The notes under the pieces: model-generated | The model's input: only the letters and a program-made list of their open reading frames with translations | Databases searched by the model: none | What the model was told of the DNA's origin: nothing | IMG/VR virus record: IMGVR_UViG_3300017791_000194 | Span: 1-64,000 of that record | Direction: 5' to 3' (one strand) | Length of the DNA: 64,000 nucleotides | Source of the DNA: a virus | Taxonomy: Duplodnaviria; Caudoviricetes | Position numbers and translations under genes: made by a program | Shown: positions 9,066 through 18,104 of the stretch, piece by piece | Layout: each line of letters begins with the position of its first letter | How positions within the stretch are numbered: the first letter of the stretch is position 1

Positions 9066-9343
9066 GCCTGACCAAGCATCTTCGCATCGAAGTCACACAG
9101 GCTGACATTGATGCAGGCGTCAGGCACGCCTCGTACAAATGCATGATGGCGCTCGCTGTGAAGCGCGCCACTGGCCTTGTGGCGATGGTCACCACGCGGT
9201 TCGTCGCGATTGACGAGCCGATGGGTGGTGCGGCGATCAAGCGCGTCTGGTACGAACTCAACGACACGACGATCAAGCGCGTCTCAGACTTCGATGATGG
9301 GCTGCCCGTGAAGCCCTTCGTCACCTACATCCACGGGATATGA
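9062..9343 (+). CDS. Hypothetical protein (93 aa)
   Basis: GTGA coupling. Confidence 0.55.
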   Translation: MSLTKHLRIEVTQADIDAGVRHASYKCMMALAVKRATGLVAMVTTRFVAIDEPMGGAAIKRVWYELNDTTIKRVSDFDDGLPVKPFVTYIHGI

Positions 9344-9648
9344 ACCTAGAGCAGGCGGCAGAGCGCCTCGCCTCTGGCGATGGCGCGCTCGTATCCGTGA
9401 AGGTGCGCGGCCACTCCATGACACCGCGCATCAAAGACGGCGCGACGGTCACGATCGACCCCTCGCGCCGCCCTGATGTCGGTGATGTGGTTCTCGCGCG
9501 CGTGCGCGGGCGCCTGCTCGTTCATCGCGTGAACATGATCGTTCGCAGTCAAGGCGGCAGCGACGACAAGTACCAGATCACGAACCTGCGCGGCCATGTG
9601 AATGGCTGGGCAAGCAGGGTCTACGGCGTAGTTGTGAGGGTCACGTGA
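9340..9648 (+). CDS. Standalone S24/S26-family serine peptidase
   Basis: VRGHSMTPRIKDG...GDVVLARVRGRLLVHRV. Confidence 0.7.
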   Translation: MNLEQAAERLASGDGALVSVKVRGHSMTPRIKDGATVTIDPSRRPDVGDVVLARVRGRLLVHRVNMIVRSQGGSDDKYQITNLRGHVNGWASRVYGVVVRVT

Positions 9649-9768
9649 CTCTCACTTGTGGGTACGACGAATGCCCGAATGCTCCCGGCAGGGATGGAAC
9701 TGCTGGATCGAGGGTCGTACTCACAAGTGAGCGTCAAGTCGGCGCTCTTGTAGCAAGGAGGTCACCAG

Positions 9769-10200
9769 ATGGTGATCAACGATGCGATCGGGCTTGTTGC
9801 CCTGATCGTGTTTGCACTCGCGCTCGTTCGTGGTGTGCAGCGCAGGGCCGACCTCGCGCTCACGATCTCGGACGCGATCATTGCCCTGGGCGTCGAGTTC
9901 GAGACGCTCGCCAGCAGCCTCTGGCACCGCCAGACGCGAGACATCCCGTACAACGAACGCTGGGGCGTGAAGGAAGGCCGCCTGTTGCGGCTCGTTGATC
10001 GGATCACCAACGCGCTCTTCAACACGGGCTGGGCGATCGAACGCCGAGTTCTCGGCGTGAACTACTACGGCGGCTTCGGTCGCAACTTCAGCGTGTCTGC
10101 CGCATCGCCGGTGGACTACAGCCACTACGGCTACGACTACCTCGACGACGAGGGAGACGAACTGTACGCCGTTCCAGACGACTACGAGTACGACTACTAG
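9769..10200 (+). CDS. Hypothetical membrane-anchored protein with an acidic, Tyr-rich tail
   Basis: AAGGAGG RBS; hydrophobic N-terminus. Confidence 0.55.
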   Translation: MVINDAIGLVALIVFALALVRGVQRRADLALTISDAIIALGVEFETLASSLWHRQTRDIPYNERWGVKEGRLLRLVDRITNALFNTGWAIERRVLGVNYYGGFGRNFSVSAASPVDYSHYGYDYLDDEGDELYAVPDDYEYDY

Positions 10201-10203
10201 ACC

Positions 10204-10575
10204 ATGCCTGAGCGGTACAACGCGGCGAGCGAGATCGTCCTGCCAATGCAGGACAACGACCCGCTCTACGACGCGCTCGAACGGTTCGGGCAACTGGGTG
10301 ATTCGATGGTACTCACGACCCAAGTGACCGGCGCGCCTCCGGGCGCAGCCGTGGTCGGCGGCATGGAGTTCGGCCTCGAACTCGCCCTCGCCGATCCTGC
10401 CGCAGCGCGCAAAATCCTCGTCCACATTGACAGCGCCAAGGCCGCGGCACACAGCCGCGAGTCGGCCTTGGCAAATGCCACCGGCCGCACCGAGAAGGTG
10501 CAGGCGTTGATCGACGCCACGAATGGCGTCAGCATCAACTACACACCACCCGACACCAAGTTCCGCTGGAACTAG
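10204..10575 (+). CDS. Hypothetical protein (123 aa)
   Basis: ORF track. Confidence 0.55.
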   Translation: MPERYNAASEIVLPMQDNDPLYDALERFGQLGDSMVLTTQVTGAPPGAAVVGGMEFGLELALADPAAARKILVHIDSAKAAAHSRESALANATGRTEKVQALIDATNGVSINYTPPDTKFRWN

Positions 10576-10578
10576 GTC

Positions 10579-10899
10579 ATGCTCTTCGTCTTCGCACTCC
10601 TGGTGAGTGCAACCCTGCTCGTGGCCCTCGACCTTGTGCTGCTCGCCCAACGCGAGTGGCACAAGGCGAGGGTCCGGGCCGCCTTCCAGTCACGAGTTCG
10701 CGCTGAACTCGCACGAGACAGCCGCATCCACGATCGGCTGTACCAGATGCCGCTGCCTGAGGAAGCAGATGACTACCTCACGCAGCTCGAAGCCGCCCAG
10801 TTGCGGCTGTACGTGAGTGATCACGTGCATCACGTCAACCCGTACAGCACGAGGACCGGCACGGCTTCGGCTCGGCCGGAACTGGCACGGTCGCTGTGA
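10579..10899 (+). CDS. Hypothetical membrane protein
   Basis: N-terminal transmembrane segment. Confidence 0.55.
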   Translation: MLFVFALLVSATLLVALDLVLLAQREWHKARVRAAFQSRVRAELARDSRIHDRLYQMPLPEEADDYLTQLEAAQLRLYVSDHVHHVNPYSTRTGTASARPELARSL

Positions 10900-11153
10900 G
10901 CGGCTTCCTGCTGCTTCTCAGCCACGGCAACGTGAAAGCCGTGCAGCGCAATCATCCAGATGAGTTCATTGGCGCCCTGCGGGACGTCGAAGCGCTCGTC
11001 GCCCGCACGGCGCTGCCATTCAGCGTCGATGAGCAGCGGCGCCTGGCCGCGCTCGCGGTTCTTCAGGCCAAGGGGCTCTTCTCCGAAGCGCCTCGTCCCA
11101 CTACCACCAAGCGCAAGAAGCGTAAGGCCATCAAGGAGGCTCTGCCCGTATGA
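10896..11153 (+). CDS. Hypothetical protein (85 aa)
   Basis: GTGA coupling. Confidence 0.5.
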   Translation: MSGFLLLLSHGNVKAVQRNHPDEFIGALRDVEALVARTALPFSVDEQRRLAALAVLQAKGLFSEAPRPTTTKRKKRKAIKEALPV

Positions 11154-12703
11154 ATCTCGACAAGGCTGGCGCAGCCGCGAAGAAGCTGGTCGATGTCGTG
11201 GAGGTGAAGCGTCACGGCGACGCAATCATTATCCCCGAGTCGCTCACGCTGGAGCGCGCTGACGCCGCGATCCACGCTCGAATGCAGTACGAGTCCGAGG
11301 TCGTCGCGATCCACGCGCCGATCAAGGCTCCGTTCCCGTTCGAGGGTGCCTTCGCACTCTACGAGATCCTGACCGATCGCTTCGGCTGGGCCAATGGCGT
11401 GCCCACGCCGGGCTTCTTCGGCTCCACGCCACCGGCCATGCTCGCGGTGCCCGTCGGTCCGAACAAGACCGTGCAGGTCCCGTGGGGCAGGTTCAGCCTG
11501 CCGAACGTGGACGGCTACCTGGAGTCGAGCATCGAGCAGGATGACCTCGGTGTCAGCAGCTTCGTGATCTCTGGGCAGGTCAAGCGGATGCACGAGAAGG
11601 TCGTCAACGAGATCGTCGAGGCGGTGCAGGATCGTGTCCGGCACAGCTCGATCTACAAGGGCAAGGCGTTCCGCGTCCGGCTCTACGACGATCGGGGTCG
11701 GCGCATCGAGATGCCCGAGCCCAAGTTCCTCGACCTCAGCAGGCGCATCGAGAGCGAGTTGATCTTGCCCGAGGACACCGAGGAATCGGTGCGGACGAAC
11801 ATCTTCACGCTGATCGAGCGCACGAGCGAGGTCACCGAGATTGGCATCCCACTCAAGCGCGGCATCCTGCTGGCTGGCCCGTTCGGCACCGGCAAGACGA
11901 TGATCGCGCGTGTCACCGCCGAGAAGGCGGTTGACAACGGCTGGACCTACGTCGAAGTCGAGCGCATCGGTGAGTTCGCCGAAGTGGCGCAGCTCGTGGT
12001 TGCGTACGGCGACCAGAAGGCCGGTATCGTCCTGTTCTGCGAGGACATCGACCGGATCATGGCTGGCGACGAGCGACACGAGGGCATCGACATGGTGCTC
12101 AACGTCGTCGATGGCGTCGAGTCCAAGGGCTCGGCCATGATGGTCGTGCTCACGACCAACGATCTGGATGGCATCACCGCAGCGATGCTGCGGCCAGGCC
12201 GTCTCGATGCGGTCATTCCGGTCAATCCGCCTGATGGTCCGGCCGCTGTGCGCCTGGCGCGCCAGTACGGTCGTGGCCTCATCGACACGAACGATCCGCT
12301 GACTGTGAGCGAGACGCTGCTGGCTGGCAACATCCCGGCGGTCATTCGCGAGGCGGTCGAACGATCGAAGCTGCGCGCCCTGCGGCTCACGCCGCATGGC
12401 GAGAAGCTGGTCGTCACCGACGCGGCGCTGTCGATGGCGATCAAGGAGATGGCGGACCACGTCAAGCTCCTGACGCCTGACGAGCCGGACCAGCGGTCCG
12501 AGGTCGTGAAGGCAGCCGAGATCCTGCGTGAGGCGACCATCGAGGCGAGGGCGCTGGTGCCCTTCCCGATCATCCCCGCACACGGTGATGCGAGCTTCGG
12601 TGGTGGCATGTTCGTGGCCTCGGAAGGGGCTCGCCCCAACTCGCAGGCCAAGAGTGGCAAGACCGGCAAGCCCAAGGTCAAAGCCGCAGACGCGGCGAAC
12701 TAG
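11150..12703 (+). CDS. AAA+ ATPase (classic AAA clade)
   Basis: Walker A GPFGTGKT, Walker B VLFCEDID, SRH TTN...LRPGRLD. Confidence 0.9.
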   Translation: MNLDKAGAAAKKLVDVVEVKRHGDAIIIPESLTLERADAAIHARMQYESEVVAIHAPIKAPFPFEGAFALYEILTDRFGWANGVPTPGFFGSTPPAMLAVPVGPNKTVQVPWGRFSLPNVDGYLESSIEQDDLGVSSFVISGQVKRMHEKVVNEIVEAVQDRVRHSSIYKGKAFRVRLYDDRGRRIEMPEPKFLDLSRRIESELILPEDTEESVRTNIFTLIERTSEVTEIGIPLKRGILLAGPFGTGKTMIARVTAEKAVDNGWTYVEVERIGEFAEVAQLVVAYGDQKAGIVLFCEDIDRIMAGDERHEGIDMVLNVVDGVESKGSAMMVVLTTNDLDGITAAMLRPGRLDAVIPVNPPDGPAAVRLARQYGRGLIDTNDPLTVSETLLAGNIPAVIREAVERSKLRALRLTPHGEKLVVTDAALSMAIKEMADHVKLLTPDEPDQRSEVVKAAEILREATIEARALVPFPIIPAHGDASFGGGMFVASEGARPNSQAKSGKTGKPKVKAADAAN

Positions 12704-12710
12704 CGCAACG

Positions 12711-12733
12711 ATCACCCGCATCGTGCGGGTGAT
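12711..12733 (+). terminator. Hairpin after the AAA+ gene
   Basis: ATCACCCGCA-TCG-TGCGGGTGAT. Confidence 0.45.
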
Positions 12734-12877
12734 GCGCAGGTGGTGGTGGGCCCGCACGGGACGTGAATGCGTCCTGTGCGGGTTCGCACACCCACACCCG
12801 GAGGTACGACATGAGTTTCCGTACTGGAGTCATCGCGTGGGCTGGCGCATAGGCTCGGCCCAAACTGGCAAATCCCC

Positions 12878-13471
12878 ATGAACGTCACCGTCCACACGAG
12901 CAGTTACTACTGCGAGGGCGGTGGTCACGCGGGCAACAAACTCGCCACAGACGATAACCCCGTCATTCGGATCAGCACCGACGTCGCCGACACATTTCGC
13001 TGTGCGCGCTGTCTGCTCGACGCCGTCAACAAGCCCGCGACCACCGCGAGTGAAGGCATAACCATCAACTGTCGTGAGTGCGGCGGCGAGATCGACTCAG
13101 ACAACGCCTTCTGTGACGCGCAATGTGCGCTCATGGCTGGCTTCGACGGTGGCCACGAGTGCGAGGGCAGTTGCTCAAACTGTGGTGACACCGCGTCCTA
13201 CTGTTCGGCTGGCTGCGCTATCGCAGATGGCGGATCAAACGAATGCGCGAACTGCACGGAGGCCGCGGCGTATTGCTCGGCCGACTGCGCTATCGCCTGC
13301 GGCGACACGCTGCACTGTGCAACGTGCGGCAAGAATCGCAACGCCACAACCGAGTGCCCGGACTGTCGACACAAAGATGACGCCCCGGTCGCGCTCGCAG
13401 CCGCGAGCAGCACCACCGCCGTCAACGATGACGGTTCCATCGTCGTCGATGGTCTGACCATCCAGTTCTAG
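12878..13471 (+). CDS. Cys-rich multi-zinc-finger protein
   Basis: 21 Cys; three CxxC...CxxxCA repeats. Confidence 0.6.
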   Translation: MNVTVHTSSYYCEGGGHAGNKLATDDNPVIRISTDVADTFRCARCLLDAVNKPATTASEGITINCRECGGEIDSDNAFCDAQCALMAGFDGGHECEGSCSNCGDTASYCSAGCAIADGGSNECANCTEAAAYCSADCAIACGDTLHCATCGKNRNATTECPDCRHKDDAPVALAAASSTTAVNDDGSIVVDGLTIQF

Positions 13472-13486
13472 CAAGGAGGATCTGCA

Positions 13487-14470
13487 ATGAGCAGCCTGTC
13501 CGGTCGAACCTACTCGTTCGGCACCAAGCATCCACAGGATTTCGTGGACGATCTGTACCGCGAATACTTCGACCTGCACCCCGAGGGCAGCATCGTCGAC
13601 GTCGCAGTCGCGGTGTCGATCGACTACGACACAGCCATTGAGACGAAGTCCATGACCGTCGTGGACACCCGCATCATGCGCGTCACCAACCCCGACTTCG
13701 ATGATGTCGAGGTCCTCACGTCCGCACAGCACCGCTACCTGGCAGTCGTGAGCGACGGGCCGATGGACCTGCTCAAGGAGATGCTGCGCTGGGCCAAGGC
13801 CACCGGCGATGCGCTCGTCTGGATTCGCAAGACCCCCGAGGGTTACGCGACGCCGACCGAGCAGGCGGAAGTGTGGCACGAGGCACTTCAGGCGATCGAC
13901 TTCGCCGCAGGTGACGCCGAGCACAAGAACTACGTCATGGCCGCGATCGTGAACCGCAAGGTCAGCCGACCGCTGGCGCAACATTGGATGCCAGCGCCGG
14001 ACACGGGCGATCCAGAGATCGACCTCGCGATCATCAAGCGGCTCGTGACGCGCCCCGCCGTGAAGCACGGCTGGGGCGAAGATCATCCGTTCGTGATCGC
14101 GAGCCGCGAGCATCTCGCCGCGTTCGCGAAGGTCATCGGCCACGAGGACGAACACGGCACCCCTGAGCATGAGGCGGCACATCTGGAGATCGAGCGCACC
14201 TCGCGGATCATGGGCCGCCTCCTCTCCGAGGCGGTTCTCGCTGATCCAACCGAGTCCGCGGATGCCAAGCAAGCTGCCAAACTCACGCTGGCGATGATCG
14301 CCATGACCGACGCGATCAAGAGCAAGGGCCAGCTCGGGTTCCAGGCGCCTGACGCGCCGCCCGCACGGCTCTCGGACATCATGGGCCTGCCGCAGTTCGG
14401 CGTGCCTGCGTCCGACAACACCGAACCGAAGATCGGGTTTCGACCGCCGAAGCCTGACCTTCTCAACTAG
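13487..14470 (+). CDS. Hypothetical protein (327 aa)
   Basis: AAGGAGG RBS; long ORF. Confidence 0.7.
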   Translation: MSSLSGRTYSFGTKHPQDFVDDLYREYFDLHPEGSIVDVAVAVSIDYDTAIETKSMTVVDTRIMRVTNPDFDDVEVLTSAQHRYLAVVSDGPMDLLKEMLRWAKATGDALVWIRKTPEGYATPTEQAEVWHEALQAIDFAAGDAEHKNYVMAAIVNRKVSRPLAQHWMPAPDTGDPEIDLAIIKRLVTRPAVKHGWGEDHPFVIASREHLAAFAKVIGHEDEHGTPEHEAAHLEIERTSRIMGRLLSEAVLADPTESADAKQAAKLTLAMIAMTDAIKSKGQLGFQAPDAPPARLSDIMGLPQFGVPASDNTEPKIGFRPPKPDLLN

Positions 14471-14488
14471 CACACGCGCGCACGTCAC

Positions 14489-14899
14489 ATGACTGCGAGC
14501 GAGGCTCGGGCGGAGTTGTCAATCGCTCCGCCCGAGCGTATATGTGGCCTGTGCCGCAGGCGCTTCACGAACGAGACGAGTCATGTGGCAACGGACGTGC
14601 ATCTGGAGGCGATGGCCGACCAGAGCGTTCGTGAGTGGCTCGCGCTCCCAGACTTCGATCCAGTCGCTGTGGCGTTCACCAAGCAGTTCGCGCGCATGGA
14701 GTTCTATGCGGGCCAGCTCGACAAGTGGTGTCAGGCGATGGATCTACCCGATGATGCGGAGACGCTCTTGGTGGCTCGCCGGATCAGCTGGTGCTGGGTC
14801 AAAGCGATCGGCACCGAGGCGTTCGAGCGACGGATGGCCTACGCCCGCAAGGTGATCGAACTTGAGATCACAGGTGAGGACCATGCCTCGTCCCGGTAA
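14489..14899 (+). CDS. Hypothetical protein (CxxC)
   Basis: ORF track. Confidence 0.5.
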   Translation: MTASEARAELSIAPPERICGLCRRRFTNETSHVATDVHLEAMADQSVREWLALPDFDPVAVAFTKQFARMEFYAGQLDKWCQAMDLPDDAETLLVARRISWCWVKAIGTEAFERRMAYARKVIELEITGEDHASSR

Positions 14900-15542
14900 A
14901 GACGAGAAGATCACGTTCCAGGCACGTGCGTCGTACTGGGGCGGCTATCAGCGCCAGGACGAGCACTCCATCAGCCCGAGTCACATGGTCGCGCTCGGCC
15001 GAAAGAAGTTCGGCCTCATCACCACCAAGAACATCAACTGGTACGGCGCGGGCCGGACTCCGAACTTCGAGGTGGCGAGGCGCAAGACCTGCGCGATCGT
15101 GCAACGTACCGGCTGGTACAGCGGCACGGGCTACTGCTCGAACAGCCACGAAGTACCCGCCATCGACGTCTACAACTACTGCGTCGGCAGCCTCGGCATG
15201 ATCGAGAAGACCGGCGTGACCGAGAAGATCGTCGAGAAGATCGTCGAGAAGATCCGCACGGTCGAGAAGATCGTCGAGGTCAAGATCGAACGTGGCTACC
15301 ACGGCACTTTCGAGAAACGCGAGGTGCTGTCGTTCGCGTTGACGCGTGAACTGCGGGGCACAGAACGTGCCCTGCGCCAGGCATACATCGACAACGACGC
15401 AGATGCATCGCTCCGGCTCGCGGCACGGATGGACGTGATCCGTGAGGTGATGAGCGATCTCACCGTCGATGTCGTCGAGGGCGCGCCACAAGTCGTGGTC
15501 GCCCGCTCACCCATGGAAAGGGGGCTCTTTGATGCCGTGTGA
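14883..15542 (+). CDS. Hypothetical protein with EKIV repeats
   Basis: GAGG RBS; VTEKIVEKIVEKIRTVEKIVE. Confidence 0.6.
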   Translation: MPRPGKDEKITFQARASYWGGYQRQDEHSISPSHMVALGRKKFGLITTKNINWYGAGRTPNFEVARRKTCAIVQRTGWYSGTGYCSNSHEVPAIDVYNYCVGSLGMIEKTGVTEKIVEKIVEKIRTVEKIVEVKIERGYHGTFEKREVLSFALTRELRGTERALRQAYIDNDADASLRLAARMDVIREVMSDLTVDVVEGAPQVVVARSPMERGLFDAV

Positions 15543-15837
15543 CAACATGGTGATCTACCGCGAAGCGATGCGGCGGGTGGATCGCCCGATCCTCGCTGAG
15601 CGTGGGCTCAGCGAGACGCAGATCAACGATCTGGAGGCGCGCGTGGAACTCGCGCGAGAGAAGGCCAAGGCTGCGGCCTTTGGCTCAGGTGAGACGCTGG
15701 AGAGCCAGCGCAAGAAGATCGAGGCGGCGGTCGAGAAGGCCGTCGACGAGTGGCACCGTGACATCCACGCTGAACTCGCTCACGACATGGACACGATCCG
15801 GTTCTTGGGCAAGGTTCGCGCCCAGGTGAAGGCGTGA
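15532..15837 (+). CDS. Hypothetical protein
   Basis: ATG 15532 overlaps the upstream stop region. Confidence 0.5.
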   Translation: MPCDNMVIYREAMRRVDRPILAERGLSETQINDLEARVELAREKAKAAAFGSGETLESQRKKIEAAVEKAVDEWHRDIHAELAHDMDTIRFLGKVRAQVKA

Positions 15838-16175
15838 GCGCGGAGTGGCGGCACGTCTCAACCGACCGGCTTGGTGATCTGCACGGCCTGTGGTGCGACA
15901 TCGACGCTCAGCCGTGGCCCTGCGACGCCGAGCAGATGCGGGTCGAGCGTGACGCTGCCATCCGACGTGCTGCTGACGTGGGCGAGGCGTTCGACGCGGC
16001 GGCAGACGTGGCCGAGCACTTCATCCGCAAGTACGGACTCACGAACACGTCCGGCGATAGGCACGTCACTCGCCGGAACGCCCGGAACTCCACGCTCAAC
16101 GTGATTGCCTTGGCCCGCGCCGCCCTCCGTTCCCAAGAGAGCCAGAAGCCGCCAGAGACGGAGGAGCGGACGTGA
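15834..16175 (+). CDS. Mosaic-family protein (ERDAAIRRA / ARAALRSQESQKPPETE)
   Basis: 53-bp and 29-bp identities to 5482-5814. Confidence 0.55.
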   Translation: MSAEWRHVSTDRLGDLHGLWCDIDAQPWPCDAEQMRVERDAAIRRAADVGEAFDAAADVAEHFIRKYGLTNTSGDRHVTRRNARNSTLNVIALARAALRSQESQKPPETEERT

Positions 16176-16331
16176 ACGAGCGTATTCACAGGGCGCGCAG
16201 TCAATTGCTGCACCGTCGCGCCCGGTTCCTGACGTGGTGGGCATCGTTCACCCACGTCCCGCATCCTCGGTCTGTGTGGTGCGGCAACCAGCGTTGCCCC
16301 TATGCGGTGGAAGTCCGATGACTACCGACGT

Positions 16332-16853
16332 ATGAATGCCTCCCGTGACACGGAGATCGAGCGGATCGCGGCGGTGCTGTTCGATCTGTACGCGAGTCCG
16401 GGCCGGAAGGCATATCCGACTGGCGACGACCTTCGCTCAGAAGCCGCCGCCCTCTACGACGCCGGACTCCGAGCCTCCCAGCCCGCAAGCGAACCAACGA
16501 CATGGGCTGCGCCCACGTCGGCACCCTCGCTGGAACCGACCATCACGATCCCGGTGTCGAAACTCGACGCGCTGGTGGCCGAAGTTGCATCCCGCGAACC
16601 CTCGCTGGATGTGGAGCGGCTGGCGCGGGCGATGCGGTGGGGGACACGAGGTACGCGGGTTCACGTCGGTATCGACGAGGCGCGCGCACTCGCTCCTGAG
16701 ATCGCCGCCGAATACCAGCGCCTCTCCCAGCCCGCCGACAACGAGCATTCACACAGTGATCCTGACGGGACGAACAAGTCCACTCACGCACATGCTGGCG
16801 GCGAGACGGAGCACAGCCACGGCGGCGAGACACTCAAGTACGACCATGGATAG
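16332..16853 (+). CDS. Mosaic-family protein C with His-rich tail
   Basis: SRDTEIERI / LYDAGLR / EPSLDVERLARA / AAEYQRLSQPADN modules. Confidence 0.55.
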   Translation: MNASRDTEIERIAAVLFDLYASPGRKAYPTGDDLRSEAAALYDAGLRASQPASEPTTWAAPTSAPSLEPTITIPVSKLDALVAEVASREPSLDVERLARAMRWGTRGTRVHVGIDEARALAPEIAAEYQRLSQPADNEHSHSDPDGTNKSTHAHAGGETEHSHGGETLKYDHG

Positions 16854-17109
16854 CCCGAGGATCATCCGCATCCGTTACCGGAGCGGCGTGAATGGCAGGG
16901 TGGCGACGGCGTTCTGCAAGGTGCCCTACGGGCAGCTGTACGACCTGACCGAGAAGCTCGCGAGGCTGTTCAGCCAGCAGCAGATCAAGTGGTACCGGAT
17001 CGACCCAGCCACGCCCGTCGAGATTGAACGTGAGCGTGACAAGCTCGTGCGCTGGCCGGTGGCTCTCGCCGAGACGTGCTCAATCACGAAGATCAACCTG
17101 GAGGTGTGA
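16846..17109 (+). CDS. Hypothetical protein
   Basis: ATG 16846; overlaps the upstream stop region. Confidence 0.5.
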   Translation: MDSPRIIRIRYRSGVNGRVATAFCKVPYGQLYDLTEKLARLFSQQQIKWYRIDPATPVEIERERDKLVRWPVALAETCSITKINLEV

Positions 17110-17110
17110 A

Positions 17111-17482
17111 ATGGGCATGTACGACGACATCGTCGTCAAAGTCCCGCTGCCCGATGGCGAGACGATCAACGAGTTCCAGACCAAGAGCCTCGACTGCTTC
17201 CTCGAAGACTACGAGATCCGTGAGGACGGAACACTGTGGCATGAGGAATACGACGTCGAGGATCAAAGCGACCCGACGGCCACCGGGCTGTCTCGATTTG
17301 CCGGGATCGCAACCCGCGTGAACAAGCGCTGGGTGCAGGTCACCGACTTCACTGGCGAGATCGAGTTCCATGGCTGGGACGCCGACGCAAAGGTCGCCTA
17401 CCGGTACTCGACGTACTTTGTCGATGGGCAACTGCAAGTAGGGCCGATACGGATGCTTGACAAACGTCAGACAACCGACTAA
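17111..17482 (+). CDS. Conserved phage hypothetical protein
   Basis: MGMYDDI...EFQTKSLDC.LEDYEIREDGTL motif; GGAGG RBS. Confidence 0.6.
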   Translation: MGMYDDIVVKVPLPDGETINEFQTKSLDCFLEDYEIREDGTLWHEEYDVEDQSDPTATGLSRFAGIATRVNKRWVQVTDFTGEIEFHGWDADAKVAYRYSTYFVDGQLQVGPIRMLDKRQTTD

Positions 17483-17485
17483 GGT
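17455..17485 (+). promoter_or_regulatory. Sigma70-type promoter with operator in the spacer
   Basis: TTGACA (17457-62), 17 nt, TAAGGT (17480-85); first 21 nt identical to 4039-4059 (reverse complement). Confidence 0.7.
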
Positions 17486-17498
17486 TCTCAACACATTG

Positions 17499-18104
17499 AT
17501 GGATCAAGGAGGTAGCGCCCTGAGCGCCCACACAAGAATCCGCGCCCGAGCCGATGGCACTCCCGTGATCACACGGGACCCGGACGACGCAGATACCAAA
17601 CCACAGGTCATTCTCCAGATCGGAGCCATTCGGCTCGACGTGCTCTCGACGCAGACGATCACGTGTGCGTCACGTGTACCAGAGACCTTGGCTCGTCTGG
17701 GATTGGCAAACGAGGCGCAAGAGGTGTTCTGGGTGATCACCTATGACGCCGAGATGAAAGTCCGAACGATCATCGAGATCGCACGGGGGACGTATGCAGG
17801 CGTGATGGTCAATCTGCCCGCATTGTTCAGCGCGATCTTGGCGTCGGGCTGCGACCGGTTTATGGTCGCGCACAACCACCCGTCTGATAACCCGCGCCCG
17901 ACCACGACCGATCAGAAGTTGACGGCGGCGATCATGGATCAGGCGAACGCACTGGGCTTGTACTTCGAGAATCACTTCATCGTGACTCCCTCGGGCAAGT
18001 CCACTGACTTCGTGGCGGCGGGTTTGATGAACCCGGCGCCGTATCACGCTGAGGGCCGCTCTGCTGCGGCCGCATCACACGAGGAGGACGTATGTCCAGA
18101 CTGA
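17499..18104 (+). CDS. RadC-like JAB-domain protein
   Basis: QEVFWVI...HNHPSDNPRPTTTD...NHFIV. Confidence 0.85.
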   Translation: MDQGGSALSAHTRIRARADGTPVITRDPDDADTKPQVILQIGAIRLDVLSTQTITCASRVPETLARLGLANEAQEVFWVITYDAEMKVRTIIEIARGTYAGVMVNLPALFSAILASGCDRFMVAHNHPSDNPRPTTTDQKLTAAIMDQANALGLYFENHFIVTPSGKSTDFVAAGLMNPAPYHAEGRSAAAASHEEDVCPD

